Shown piece by piece: positions 27,640 through 39,554 of a DNA stretch of 64,000 bases. The stretch is from NCBI RefSeq assembly GCF_006345805.1, contig NC_043019.1:7501360-7565359 (forward strand). Reading direction: 5' to 3'. Source of the DNA: Octopus sinensis (taxonomy: Eukaryota). The position numbers and the translations under genes are program-made. Below the pieces are notes generated by a model that was not told the origin of the DNA, ran no database searches, and saw only the letters and a program-made list of their open reading frames with translations. Positions within the stretch are counted from its first letter, which is position 1. Every line of letters begins with the position of its first letter.

Positions 27640-28150
27640 GCCTATATAAACCTCTTTTCTGTCTTTCTTGCATTATTCTAGACTCTTCAAATGCTTTCAC
27701 TCCACTCCTATGTTCTGCATCCAACTCGATCTGAAGCAAGAGTTTCTATATCTTCTGGAACCATTCCAAGTCACTTCATAGTAGTCCTTATGCCGTCCTG
27801 AAACCTTTTTTTAGGTTTATGCCGATAGCGTTTCCCCTCTGCAAGCTCAAGCTCACCATAAAACAGCTGTTTTGGCATGCATTCATCTGCCATGCGAACA
27901 ATACGGCCAAACCATTTCAATTGGTTCCTCAAACTCATAGCTTTAATTGAGGTGATGCCTGCAGATGCAAGGACATCTGTGTTTGGAGTAACTCCATACA
28001 TATAATGTAATTTAGATTCAGTTGTATTAGGTACCTAAATTGAGGTACTTCGTTAGAACCAACTTATTTGCACCCTAGGACAATATTAGGTATCAAACTC
28101 TATATAGAATGTTTTCACCCGATATCCATGCAGTGTATGCAGATGGCACG
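27640..28150 (-). pseudogene. Decayed RTE-clade (BovB-like) LINE, 3' ORF region
   Basis: ORF 27771-28001 reads PNTDVLASAGITSIKAMSLRNQLKWFGRIVRMADECMPKQLFYGELELAEGKRYRHKPKKRFQD, continuing as IETLASDRVG...; this is the typical RTE post-RT C-terminus. The 5' boundary is uncertain. Confidence 0.85.
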
Positions 28151-28334
28151 TTCCACCTTAGTGAATAGATCTGCTCTTGTTTGTTCAGACATGTACTTTA
28201 TATAAAGATACTTTCCAAATACTTCCGAAGTGCAGATTCCAGGGTAGGTGAGTAAAATATAAATGAATTAACACTTATATATCACTGTTATACATTTATA
28301 TAGATATAAATTATAAATATTAATGCAATATATA

Positions 28335-28717
28335 GGCGCAGGAGTGGCTGTGTGGTAAGTAGCTTGTTTACCAACCACATGGTTCCGGTTTCAGTCCCAC
28401 TGCGTGGTACCTTGGGCAAGTGTCTTCTACTATAGCCTCGGGCCGACCAAAGCCTTGTGAGTGGATTTGGTAGAGGGAAACTGAAAGAAGCCCGTCGTAT
28501 ATATGTATATATATATATGTGTGCATGTATGTTTTTATGTCTATGTTTGTCCCCCCAACATCGCTTGACAACCGATGTTGGTGTGTTTACGTCCCCGTTA
28601 CTTAGCGGTTCGGCAAATGAGACCGATACAGTAAGTACTGGGCTTACAAAGAATAAGGCGGTGCTCCAGCATGGCCGCAGTCAAATGACTGAAACAAGTA
28701 AAAGAGTAAAAGAGTAT
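28335..28717 (+). mobile_element. SINE family B, well-preserved full-length copy
   Basis: GGCGCAGGAGTGGCTGTGTGGTAAGTAGC...GTACCTTGGGCAAGTGTCTTC (CORE-like)...GCGGTGCTCCAGCATGGCCGCAGTCAAATGACTGAAACAAGTAAAAGAGTAAAAGAG. Confidence 0.92.
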
Positions 28718-29136
28718 AAGTCTTTTTCGCTGATCTTGGTTCTGTTTATGGCAGGGGCATTTGGCCCTAACTCTACAGGTATTAATGTTGCGGATATTTT
28801 AAATTTAGTCTTTTTGATAGACGAGGAACAATCAGTTTTACGAGAACAAACGGTTTCTGAAAAGTCCGAAATTTGAGAACGAGGTTGTTCATTTCCCTGG
28901 CGTTCTTCCTAGAGGTAAGACGGAATTTTCTCTTTATGTTCGTCGACCGCACACATCTTTACGTCTATACATTCAGGGAAGCTATACCTAGTGTCGAACG
29001 AATAGAGAAACGAGACAGGCAACATTAGGAACATTCCTTTCATCCGTGTTTCGAACGTAGGAACAAGACGCGACTTCGTTACAACAGTCGTTCCCGCAAA
29101 GCAAATTTATATATATATATATATATATATATAAAC

Positions 29137-29358
29137 AATTGCACCGTGGAAGGTGTTTATAAGCCATTTAAAACCGTTAGGGTCACTTCAACATTTAAAT
29201 TGAATTTGTGTCAAAATATTTTCGTCGCTTTGAAACGGCGACCTGTTCACTGACAAAATTTCGTGTTGCGTCACCTTATAAACACCTTCCACGCTGCAAT
29301 TTCTCTTGTTTCAGTACACGATCTCAGATCAAGTCACTTGCTATGCAAGTACATCTCC

Positions 29359-29360
<2 letters not shown>
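29137..29360. repeat. Dispersed inverted-repeat element (family Q), homologous to 36861-37177
   Basis: 27-bp inverted repeats at 29137-29163 and 29275-29301 (one mismatch); 29275-29360 is the reverse complement of about 36861-36946; flanked by (TA)n. Confidence 0.85.
29202..29262 (-). ncRNA. Candidate type I hammerhead-like RNA with a variant core (G3-C8)
   Basis: Minus strand GAAATTTTGTCA-GTGAACA-G-GTCGC-cgtttcaaa-GCGAC-GAAA-ATAT-T-T-TGACACAAATTC: stem I 10 of 12 pairs, stem II 5 bp, palindromic helix III AATATT. Confidence 0.45.
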
Positions 29361-29415
<55 letters not shown>

Positions 29416-30345
29416 ATATATATCGTTATAGATCGATTTTGTTTATTTATCTATTTATATATTATTTAGATAATTACATAGTCATTTATGTAATGGTACG
29501 AAATGGAAAGTTCACCAATTAGCAGCTGTAGCCATCGCACAGAAACAATTGTAGTGACTTATAAGCAAAGACTGTTCATTTCATCTTCGTGTTTTCTTTT
29601 TTATATTTAGCTGTATATATTTGATTTGATTTGAGCAAATCCGCTTACTTTCCTAAGAAGACCTTTTGTTTAGGCGTGCCTATTTCATTACGTACACCCC
29701 CACACATTCAATCTCCCACATATGTATAACTACAGTTACAAAACACAAAAGACTATATCTGTGTGTACGTGTGCGCGAGTTTGTGTGCGCGTGTGTGTGT
29801 ATACTCACGTTAATTTAATGTTGGTTTTTATGTTCAGTTATAATAATGATATAAATAAGAGATATATGTGTGTATTTGTATGTATATATGTGTGTATGTA
29901 CATATGTATGTGCATAAATGTGCGTATACATGAGCGCGTATATACATGGACATAGACACACAATCACATACCCCACCTTGTTGGTAACTCTTAACGTTTC
30001 TATACTAATTACATCATCTCCTGATTCGTTGTCTTCGCCAGCAACGTTATCATTGACACCATTTAAAGTAATTGGCTTTCTGCAGTGATTAGGCAGACTA
30101 ACAAATTGGGGTGTAGATAGAAATTGACTATAATCGATAACTTTGACATGGACCGTATACACAGACAAACAGACAGACATAATATCTCAGATATAATGTG
30201 TTTAGAACAGGATTGGGCTTTCGTGATGGCTGCTTGGTTGGTGCAATGTGGAGCTGTTAATTTAAGATATATTTCGTTGTTTACTTGAATAACAGAAAAA
30301 ATATCCGCAAATATTTAAATGGGGGCTGAACTTTTATTTTTATAG

Positions 30346-30400
30346 GAGACAGGAAGCCAAATTCGCGAATGTTCGAGAAAACCATGACTCACACAAAGTG
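30346..30400 (+). other. Candidate 55-nt internal exon (unverified)
   Basis: GGCTGAACTTTTATTTTTATAG acceptor and AGTG|GTCAGT donor; two frames open (RQEAKFANVRENHDSHKV; DRKPNSRMFEKTMTHTK). No homology recognised. Confidence 0.2.
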
Positions 30401-31216
30401 GTCAGTCACTTGGCCGATCACATGAAATTGGTGTGGCTTGCTCGTGGTGTTTGAACAATTATCTATCGGTTAATGTTTCGAATCACTCCTACAGTATCAT
30501 TTTGGTTAGAATACCTTATATTATTCGACCTAGGGTTAAAACACCTTCAGCACACATTCAACAACAACAACAACAGCTGCCTTTCGTAAGCTTCCGGTTT
30601 CTTGTTTTCGGCTATTGTGGATTACCATTTATATTTTTATTGGGTTTTTTTATGTTTTATTGTTGTTTTGTTTTTCTTTGTCTTCTCGTCTTCGTTTCTT
30701 TTTGAGGAATTTGAATCTCAAAGATTTTGATTCAATATAACGTATTAGAAACAATCGATTCCTTGGAGAATAAAAAAAAATTACTGCTTCAACGATAATG
30801 GAAGAATGCAGACGATAAGAAAGAAAACAACAAACAAGTATGGAAAGATGTAATGACTTGCATGGAAAATAACTAAATAGGACGGAAGAAAGAGAAACGG
30901 AACGAAAAAAAAAATTGAAGAATGAAGGGAATTAGAGAAGGTAAGAAATAGAAGAATTGAGAGAGACAGAGAGAGAGAGCAAGGTGAAGAGAGAGAGGGG
31001 GGCTAATGAAAGAGGCGAAAAGAGGATGGGAAAGAGAGAATAAGAGAGTGAGAAAGGGGGAGATTTAATTAAAGAGTGAGAGAGAGATTTAATTAAAGAG
31101 TTATGTTGGTAGTTGAGGTAGATAGGCTAAACGGATATATGGAGAGATAGACACACAACGTATTTGTGTGTGTATATGTATTGGTGTGTGTCTGTGTGTG
31201 TGTGTATATATATTAT

Positions 31217-31254
<38 letters not shown>

Positions 31255-31706
31255 ATAGAGATACAGACATACACATAGCCTGAACAGCAGCAAGGAGAGT
31301 GTTGGAATACGACATGGATCTTGGGCCGTTCCCGAATGTAATCAGCGAGCAAGAAAAAAAGGGTGAAGTACATACAGAGGTCGATATTGTAAAGTGGGTG
31401 AGAGAGAGAGAGAGAGCAAGTAAGGAAGAGTGTAAAAAAATAAATGCAGATATTTAATTAAATAGGAGGAGGAGGGGGATGAATGAGGAGGAGGGGGAGG
31501 AATGAGGAGGAGGGGGATGAGGAGGAGTAGGTGGTGGTGGTGGTGGTGTAGGAGGAGGAGAACGACGAGGAGGAGGTAGATTTCGAAGAAAAGAAAATGC
31601 CAGGATGATCGGTAGTTAGATGGACATATAGATTGAGAGAGAGAGAGAGAGAGAGAAGAGACAAACAGACAGACTGACTGACTGACTGACCGACGGATAG
31701 CCATTC

Positions 31707-31753
<47 letters not shown>

Positions 31754-31766
31754 TAGATAGATAGAT

Positions 31767-31834
<68 letters not shown>

Positions 31835-31959
31835 TAGATATATGTGATAATGATGCATATTACACTGAATACAACATAGCTCATATTTATCGAAGTCAAC
31901 CTACAGTCTCACCTTTAATTCTAGCTAATTATATATAATTCTTAATTTCGTCATTAGAC

Positions 31960-32696
31960 TCGGTGAGAAATTAAATAGAAAGGAAATTTAGACACACCTA
32001 TCCTTAGATCTTATATCCCAGTCTAAACTCTCTTTCGTGACGCCCGTTTTCGGCCTTAAATTGTAACTGAGGTCGAAAAATAGATCTGTTTTCGTAATTC
32101 TAATGAGGGAAATCACTGGATTCGTCCCAACCAGGCTTCCGAGTGTGTTGTCAAGCAGGGGCGAATCGAACAGAGTTTCATGTGTGTTTGGACGACTCAG
32201 AGTTTGTCCTAGATGCTCGTGCTGGAAACGCTAACCTTTACATCCGCAGCGAGCACCTGACGTTGTGAATGCCCGCTTACACGGTATTGCTCAATCAAAG
32301 ACCCACACACCTGCAGCGTAACAGAGCTCCGGCACCCACTGCCAATGTGGCCACGCACAAACTTGAGAAACTAGAAAGGTTTGAAGTGCTGCTTCACCCT
32401 GCCTGCACTTCAGACCTTGCACTCTCCCATTACAACCTTTCCCGAGCCATGCCTCATTTCCTTTTCTGACAGAGGATCAACAATGTGGATGAGTTTGACA
32501 ACGGATGTAGAGATTTCTTTACCTCAAAACCAGTCAAATGTTAAATGCGCAGAATCGAGCTCATTACAAAACGATGACGACTGAGAATAGAATATAATTC
32601 GATATATTTCGATGAATAAACGGGTTTGACTTGTAACTTGTTGCGACTCTAAACTAAAGCTTGAAATACGAAAATCTTTCGACACAGCCTGGTATT
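31960..32696 (+). pseudogene. Decayed mariner (DD34D-type) transposase catalytic region and right end
   Basis: IVTEVEK*I (IVTGDEKWI-like), then LQRNRAPAPTA (DNARPH-like), FEVLLHPACTSDLALSHYNL (HPAYSPDLAPSDYHLF-like), CRDFFTSKP...YFDE*. Confidence 0.85.
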
Positions 32697-32949
32697 AATC
32701 AGTTTGTAAATACAATGTGATCTTTTTCTTCTTTTACGACTCCGAATTTATTTTTGTATATTGGGAAAATAGATAGAGAAAGGTGGAGGAATTGTCTACA
32801 ACACGGTGCGACGAATAAAAACACATGCTTAAATTGTTCAGAAACTGTTTTAACATTGTCGCCTTCGTTAATTCACAACCGTTGGTCAGTTCAACACGTG
32901 TAAACGAAATAGGCGGTTACTGTTATCACCTTATAGTAATCACGTCTAT

Positions 32950-33122
32950 TGTTCAACAGTCTCTTTGCCCCTTATTCTTTCCTTCTTTTTCTCTCTCTTT
33001 CACTCATTTCTTCGTCTCTCTCTGCCTTTCTCACTCTCCCACACTCCCTGTCTTTCTTTCTCTCCCTCCCACTTGCTCTCTCTTTGTCTGACTGTTTTTA
33101 TCTCCTTCTCTCTTTGTCTCAG

Positions 33123-33162
<40 letters not shown>

Positions 33163-33410
33163 TCTCTACTTTTCTCTCTTTCACTCCATCTCTCTCTTCC
33201 ATCCTTCCCTCTTTCTATTTCGCTCTCTCTCTTTTTCCTCTTCCCTTTTCTCTCACTCTCTCCCTTCTCCTCACACTCTTCATTCCTCTTTCCTCTGCCA
33301 ATCTTCATTCAGTATCGTTTTACCCATTTTTATTATTTTCAATTTCATCAACCGTTTCGCAAACCTTCCATTTCCTCGCTTTCTTTGCCCTTATTTTTCG
33401 ATTTCACCCC

Positions 33411-33454
<44 letters not shown>

Positions 33455-33700
33455 CCCTCAACACGTTGGCTCTCATGAATTTCCCTTCTCAGTCTCCCAT
33501 TCCAAATCCGCGCACATCCGACCCACAAACTCCTCCTTCTTTTCACTCAACACGCTGAAATCCCTTATTTACCTCCTCCTCCTCCTCCTCCTGTTGCTCA
33601 TCAAACACCTCCGCCAACCCCACCACAAAACTCTGCTTCAATCCTGCCCCCAACCGCCCCTCCACCCCACCCCGCTCCACCTTACTCATCAAGTCGTCCA
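32950..33700. repeat. Long polypyrimidine (CT/CCT-rich) low-complexity tract
   Basis: (CT)n, (CCT)n and C-runs; the source of the spurious Leu/Ser-rich ORFs. Confidence 0.9.
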
Positions 33701-33849
33701 TTGTTTATTTCCTCATCAAACAAGATGTCGACAGTTACTTGGCCAAGTGCACTGCATCGACATGAGGCGTGCAAGTATGTGAGGGGCAAAGATGGTGCGG
33801 AAATGGGGAGTGCGATGATAAGTTGTGAAACTGAAAGGGTCGTAATGGT

Positions 33850-34600
33850 AGTGGCGGTGGGGTGAGGTGGGGTGCTGATGACGGTCGTGGTGGTGGTGGT
33901 GGTGGTAGTAGTGGCGGTGGTGGAGATGGAGGTGGTGATAATGATGGTGAGGATGATGGTTGTAGTGGCGTTTGTGGTGGAGATGGAGGTGGTGGTGGTG
34001 ATGATGTTGGTGGTCGTGGTAGTAGTGGAGGTGGTGATAATGATGGTGATGATGGTGCTAGAGTGGTTTTGGTAATGATGGTGGTAGTGGTGGTGGCGGT
34101 GCTGAAGTGGTTATGGTGGTGTTTGTGGTGGCAGCGGTGGAGATGGAGGTGGTGGTGATGAGGATGTTGGTGCTGGAGTGGTTTTGGTGGTGATGATGAC
34201 GGTGATGATGGTGGTGGTGGTGCTGAAGTGGTTGTGGTGGCGGCGGTGTAGATAGAGGTGGTGGTGATGATGATGATTGTGTTGGAGTGGTTTTGGTGAT
34301 GTTAGTGGTGGTGGCAACAGTGGTGCTAGGGTGGTGGTGGTGGTGGTGGTGGTGGTTGTGGTGATGATGATGACCGTGATGATGGTGGTTGGTGCTGGAG
34401 GTTTTGGCGGTGGTTGCCAGTATTCGGAGTTGAGATGATATAAGTAGAATGTGCCGAGCAAGATAATCGCGGCTTTTGTTGTAGTTGTCAATATTGTTAT
34501 CGTTGCCGTTATTGTTGTTGTTGTTGTTCATATTGTTGAAGTCGGTGTTGCCATTGTTGAAGCTGGTAGAGAGGACGGCCATAATGAGGACACCGACCAA
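33850..34600. repeat. Degenerate GGT/GAT/GTT trinucleotide array
   Basis: (GGT)n, (GAT)n and (TTG)n blocks; the source of poly-Gly/Val/His/Thr ORFs. Confidence 0.9.
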
Positions 34601-34993
34601 TATATAACATGAATATAGAAGTTGTAAATGGCGGAGATGGCGAAGCTCAAGGGAGGGCGTGGGGGGGAGCGGCGGATGTGTTGAGGAGGCGAGGGCGGTT
34701 TAGTGTATGAGAGGGATAGGTAGAGGTATAGTTAGTGCAGTGGGCTGGTGGTGGTGGTGGTGGTGCAGAAAGATGGTGGAGGGCGGGGAGTGTGGGCCGG
34801 TGTCATTCCCTATTGAAGTCACGTCAAGTTGACAGACCAAATCGAATTAACGGCACCGACGCGCAACAGTCTCACATACCTATGCAAGAATACGTAAATA
34901 CATACATATTAACACAAACACCCCACCACACACACACACACATCTATTTATTCACTTTCATAACCGTATAATAAATCATCACATTTGCATATG

Positions 34994-35035
<42 letters not shown>

Positions 35036-35253
35036 TAACGTATACGCATACACACATGTGTGTTTATATATATATATATATAACGTATACGCATACACAC
35101 ATGTGTTTTATATATATATATATATATGTATGTATACTCACATACATTTACATACACACACAGCTGTATAGTTTATATAGGTGTACGTGTGAGTTAATGT
35201 TATATATTATATATAAATATATAAACCATTGTATGCATAAAACTGCGCGCGCG

Positions 35254-35284
<31 letters not shown>

Positions 35285-35338
35285 TATATTCATGTATACG
35301 CACACACAAGCACATACATTTGTGTATGTATGTATGTG

Positions 35339-35392
<54 letters not shown>

Positions 35393-35994
35393 CGTTGGCA
35401 ACGTGTAGATTTAGCCCTTAGTGGTTTTAGTCAATTACGGTTCCATCTAGTTTGGTTTGGTTTGGTTTGGTGGGTGTAAGGGTAGTGGAGGAGAAAAGCG
35501 TGTTAAAATGTGGGACACAGCAAAAAAAAAAAAAATAGAATCCGGTAACTCAATGATATCATCAATATCATTTTAATAACATTGGAGAGATCGATTCTTT
35601 TGTCAGGTGGACGTGTGGGTTTCCGTGCGATATCTTGTTTATATCTCACGAAGAAATTGTCCTGCTGTGCAAGATGTCCTCGTTTTTTTTTATGTTTATT
35701 TTATTTTTATATTTTTTTTGGTTTTTGTTTTCTTTTCTTACTTTTTTCAGTCATGTGGTATACTTTTTGTCAAACGAATGGACACCAGCAACTTATTCTA
35801 TCGATGTCAATGCGTTGGTTTATTTACTGGAACGAAAATATACCAATACCGGTTGTAAAGCGATGGGGATGGACTAATACAGACGGAACGAATCACACGG
35901 ACACATCTACCTATCAATCTATTTCCATATGTGAGAGTGTGCATATGTGTGTATATATAAAATATATATATACATATACATGCACACTTACACG

Positions 35995-36170
35995 CGCGAC
36001 GGGCTTCTTTTAGTTTCTCTCTACTAAATGAACTCACAAGGATTTAGTTGGCCAAAAACTAACGTAGAAGACGTTTCCGCAAGGTGCCACGGACTGGGAC
36101 TGAACCCGGATCCATGGGGTTATGATGCACCATGTAGTTGTGAAAATCTTGCTTCCCAACCAAGTTTCTT
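35995..36170 (-). mobile_element. SINE family B 5' half, rearranged head
   Basis: GACGGGCTTCTTTTAGTTTC...CAAGGTGCCACGGACTGGGACTGAACCCGGA is the reverse complement of family B. Confidence 0.7.
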
Positions 36171-36860
36171 TTTTGCAACACAGCCACACATGCACCTATG
36201 TGTACAATATAATACATGATATGCAAATCTCTGTGCATTTGTATGCGTTGAGTTTCTACACATGTATATATAACACAACATGGCCGTGGACTGAATTTCT
36301 CTAAAAACAAATCACACAGTGTCATGTTTGTCAAGTGTGTATATACATTAAGTATGGTAGACAGGTGACGCTTACAGTCAAACGTTATATCAAATGCGTA
36401 CACCGAGTTTATTTTTGTACGGCAAGATTAACGCAATATCGTGGATGTATTATTCACACTTTTTCTATTTATCGGAGGTGACAGGCTATACGTCGTCATA
36501 AAGACCGAACAAGAATGAAACGCATATGCCCTTTTTGTTTATGAGTCATTGGTGAGATAATTAATAGTGAACACGTATTCATCATGATACACAGATAACG
36601 TTTCTCTCTATATATATATATCTCCTTTCCTTCTCTACATATATTCTTTCTCCCGACTAGCTGACTTTTACTGACGAGGTGTATATATAGAAAAAATTAC
36701 GTCAGTTGGTTTGTATTTTAATATCTGCTACCCGAGGAAGATGTTGCGTAAGTGATATATTTTCTATTAAGTATTACGTAGATCAGAAACGTACGTATTA
36801 AGTATTTTCAAAATGTCACTTTTTACTTTGACTTCATTATTAAAAACTAATATATATATT

Positions 36861-37177
36861 ACGGGGATGTACTTGCATAGCGAGTGACCTGATCTGACAT
36901 CGTGTGCTGGAACGAAAATAATTGCAGTGTGGAAGGTGTTTATAAGCCATTTAGAAACACACAAAAACTGTTAGATTCACTTCAACATCTAAATATAATT
37001 TGCCGAAATATTTTCGTCGCTTTGAGACCGCGACTAATTCAGTGCTGCATCTCAATGATCAGGTCGTGGGCTCAAAGCGAAGAAAATATTTTGTAAAATT
37101 AAATTTAAATGTTAAAGTGAATCTAACGGATTTTGTGTGTTTTTAAATGACTTATAAACACCTTCAACGCTGCAATT
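36861..37177. repeat. Family Q element as a diverged ~258-bp fold-back palindrome
   Basis: Arms 36920-37044 and 37053-37177 are reverse complements (AATTGCAG..GAAGGTGTTTATAAG...GAAATATTTTCGTCGCTTTGAG / CTCAAAGCGAAGAAAATATTTT...CTTATAAACACCTTCAACGCTGCAATT). Confidence 0.85.
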
Positions 37178-37178
37178 G

Positions 37179-37180
<2 letters not shown>

Positions 37181-37229
<49 letters not shown>

Positions 37230-37253
37230 ATATATATATATTATATAATATAT

Positions 37254-37285
<32 letters not shown>

Positions 37286-37310
37286 ATATTCATATAATAT
37301 ATAAATATAT

Positions 37311-37349
<39 letters not shown>

Positions 37350-37446
37350 AATATATATATATTATATATATATATTATATTATATAAATATCTATATATT
37401 ATATAATATAGTATATATATATAATATATTATATAATATATAATAA

Positions 37447-37478
<32 letters not shown>

Positions 37479-37625
37479 TATATAAATATATTATATATAT
37501 ATATATATATATATAAATATATAATATATATATATAATATAATATATATATATATATATATAATATTATATATATATATCTATATATCTATTATATATCT
37601 ATATATAATATAATCATATATATAA
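37181..37625. repeat. Almost pure A/T (TA)n-derived array, about 440 bp
   Basis: Interrupted (TA)n with only a few C/G bases. Confidence 0.95.
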
Positions 37626-37694
37626 ATGTGAAAATATACATATATGCGTTGTCTTTTAATGTGATTTTTTTAAGCAGTTGTTTTCTGTACTGAT

Positions 37695-37830
37695 TTCAAA
37701 TTTTAGCACAAAGCAAGGAAGTTTGGTAGAGAAGATAGTCATATATATCGAACCCAGAATTCAACAGACCAAATTTGAATTCAGAACGTAAAAACAGATA
37801 AAATTTCGCAAAGCATTTTCCCCAATGAGA
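37695..37830 (-). mobile_element. SINE family A remnant, internally deleted
   Basis: AATTTGAATTCAGAACGTAAAAACAGATAAAATTTCGCAAAGCATTTT is the reverse complement of the family A 5' region. Confidence 0.55.
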
Positions 37831-38860
37831 TAAGTAGTAGACTTATATATTTCAACTTATTTTTTATTCTCAAGCAATAACAGAAGCGAGGTTTTTCTTA
37901 TTTAGCGAATCCATTACTTCGTTGGTTAAAACGCCCCGCGATTGTGTTCCAGCACCGTATTCTAAGTATTACTCTATACACGCGCACATACAGCGATATA
38001 TTATATATACATACATGTATGTGTGTGTGTGCGAGTCTCTGTAGGCAGGAATTCATTTAAAGACATGTCTATACACCGACAAACGCATAACTAGACAAAG
38101 AGACAGGCACACAACCAAACAGACAAGAAGGGACAAAGGCACACAGAAGAACAGGAAAAAAAAATCCAGAAAAACAAATACACGGGTGATGTTAAAGGTA
38201 TACAGACGTGACTGAGGAGATTGTGAAAACTGCGTTTCTTAACTACATCTAAACATTAATTAAGAGAGTTCCTTTCGTTGAATGAGGGAAGTTGTTGTGT
38301 GTAAATGTTGAACAGAGAATTAGCGTCCATTAGGCGTTGAGCTGAATCAAGCACGCTACAATTGTTTGCCTACGTTGGCACATATTCGCAGGTTCGTTCG
38401 CTCTCTATGGATGTGTGTGTATGTATATATATATATATATATATATATCTATATATATATATATATATATATATTGAGAAGAGAGGAATCATATATGTAC
38501 ATGAGTGTGTGTGTGTGTATGTGTATATATATAATATATATATATATTGTGTGAGAGAGAGAGAGAGAGAGAGAGAAATATATAAGTAAGTACATGAGTG
38601 TGTGTGTGTGTGAGTACACTTGTGTTTTAGTGAGTTGTATGTCGATTACATTGAAAAACTCCACCAGAGTCGCTGTGTTCGCGGCTGTTTTTGTGTATAT
38701 GTAGAGACACACAAAAAGACACACACACACACATACGCACTCACATACACGGACGCTCACACAAACACGCGTGCTTGCACACATATGTATGCGTATGGAT
38801 GTAAGTATATATATTTCTGCATGGTCATATATATATGTGTATATATATTATATATAATAT

Positions 38861-38906
<46 letters not shown>

Positions 38907-39151
38907 GTGTGTGTGTAATGAATCACTTTCAGGCAAACAGTGAATAGATGATATCAATTTGTTTTTTTTTCTTTATGCAGTCATTTTTTGTTTTCTCTTT
39001 TTCATCTACGTCACGTTTCCGCTTCTATCAAGGTGAATCTTCCGCATCTTTTAGTGCATTATGATGCTACAATCACTCAAGAACTTCATCAGGGCATTTA
39101 TATCTATCTATGTGTGTGTGTGTGTGGGTGTATATATATATATATATATAA

Positions 39152-39280
39152 TCTTTTATTCTTGTACTTGTTTCACTCGTTTAGTTGCGGTCGTGCTGGA
39201 GCACAACCTTTAGTCGAGTAAATCGATTCGAGGACTTATTCTGTATAGGCCTTGTAATTTTTCTACCGGTTTCTTTTGCC
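39152..39280 (-). mobile_element. SINE family B 3' tail
   Basis: CTTGTTTCACTCGTTTAGTTGCGGTCGTGCTGGAGCACAACCTTTAGTCGAG...GGACTTATTC. Confidence 0.75.
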
Positions 39281-39319
39281 TATGGTGGGCGGACACACAC
39301 ACAGATACACAAATACATA

Positions 39320-39490
39320 GTTGGAATTTACAAAAAAAAAAGACAAATGAAAACAAAAGTCGACGACAGGAGTATAAGCAACGAACATGTGTATTAGATG
39401 AATGCTCGGAAAGGTGAGAAACTCTTACATTTCGAGCCTACGCTCTTCAACAGAAACGAATACAAGAAAATAAACAGAGAGAGAATAAAA
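39320..39490 (-). repeat. Dispersed repeat (family P), homologous to 14880-15085
   Basis: Shared CTTACATTTCGAGCCTACGCTCTTCAACAGAAA core. Confidence 0.6.
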
Positions 39491-39554
39491 AATTCCTTCT
39501 CCTAAATTTGAGGCTATGTGCCTACAGTAGAAAGGGTTATTTGTATGTGGTGTG

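Noticed and set aside
32949-34600. 277-aa Leu/Ser-rich ORF and poly-His/Gly/Thr ORFs
   Set aside because: Products of (CT)n and (GGT/GAT)n low-complexity DNA; no domain or splice support.
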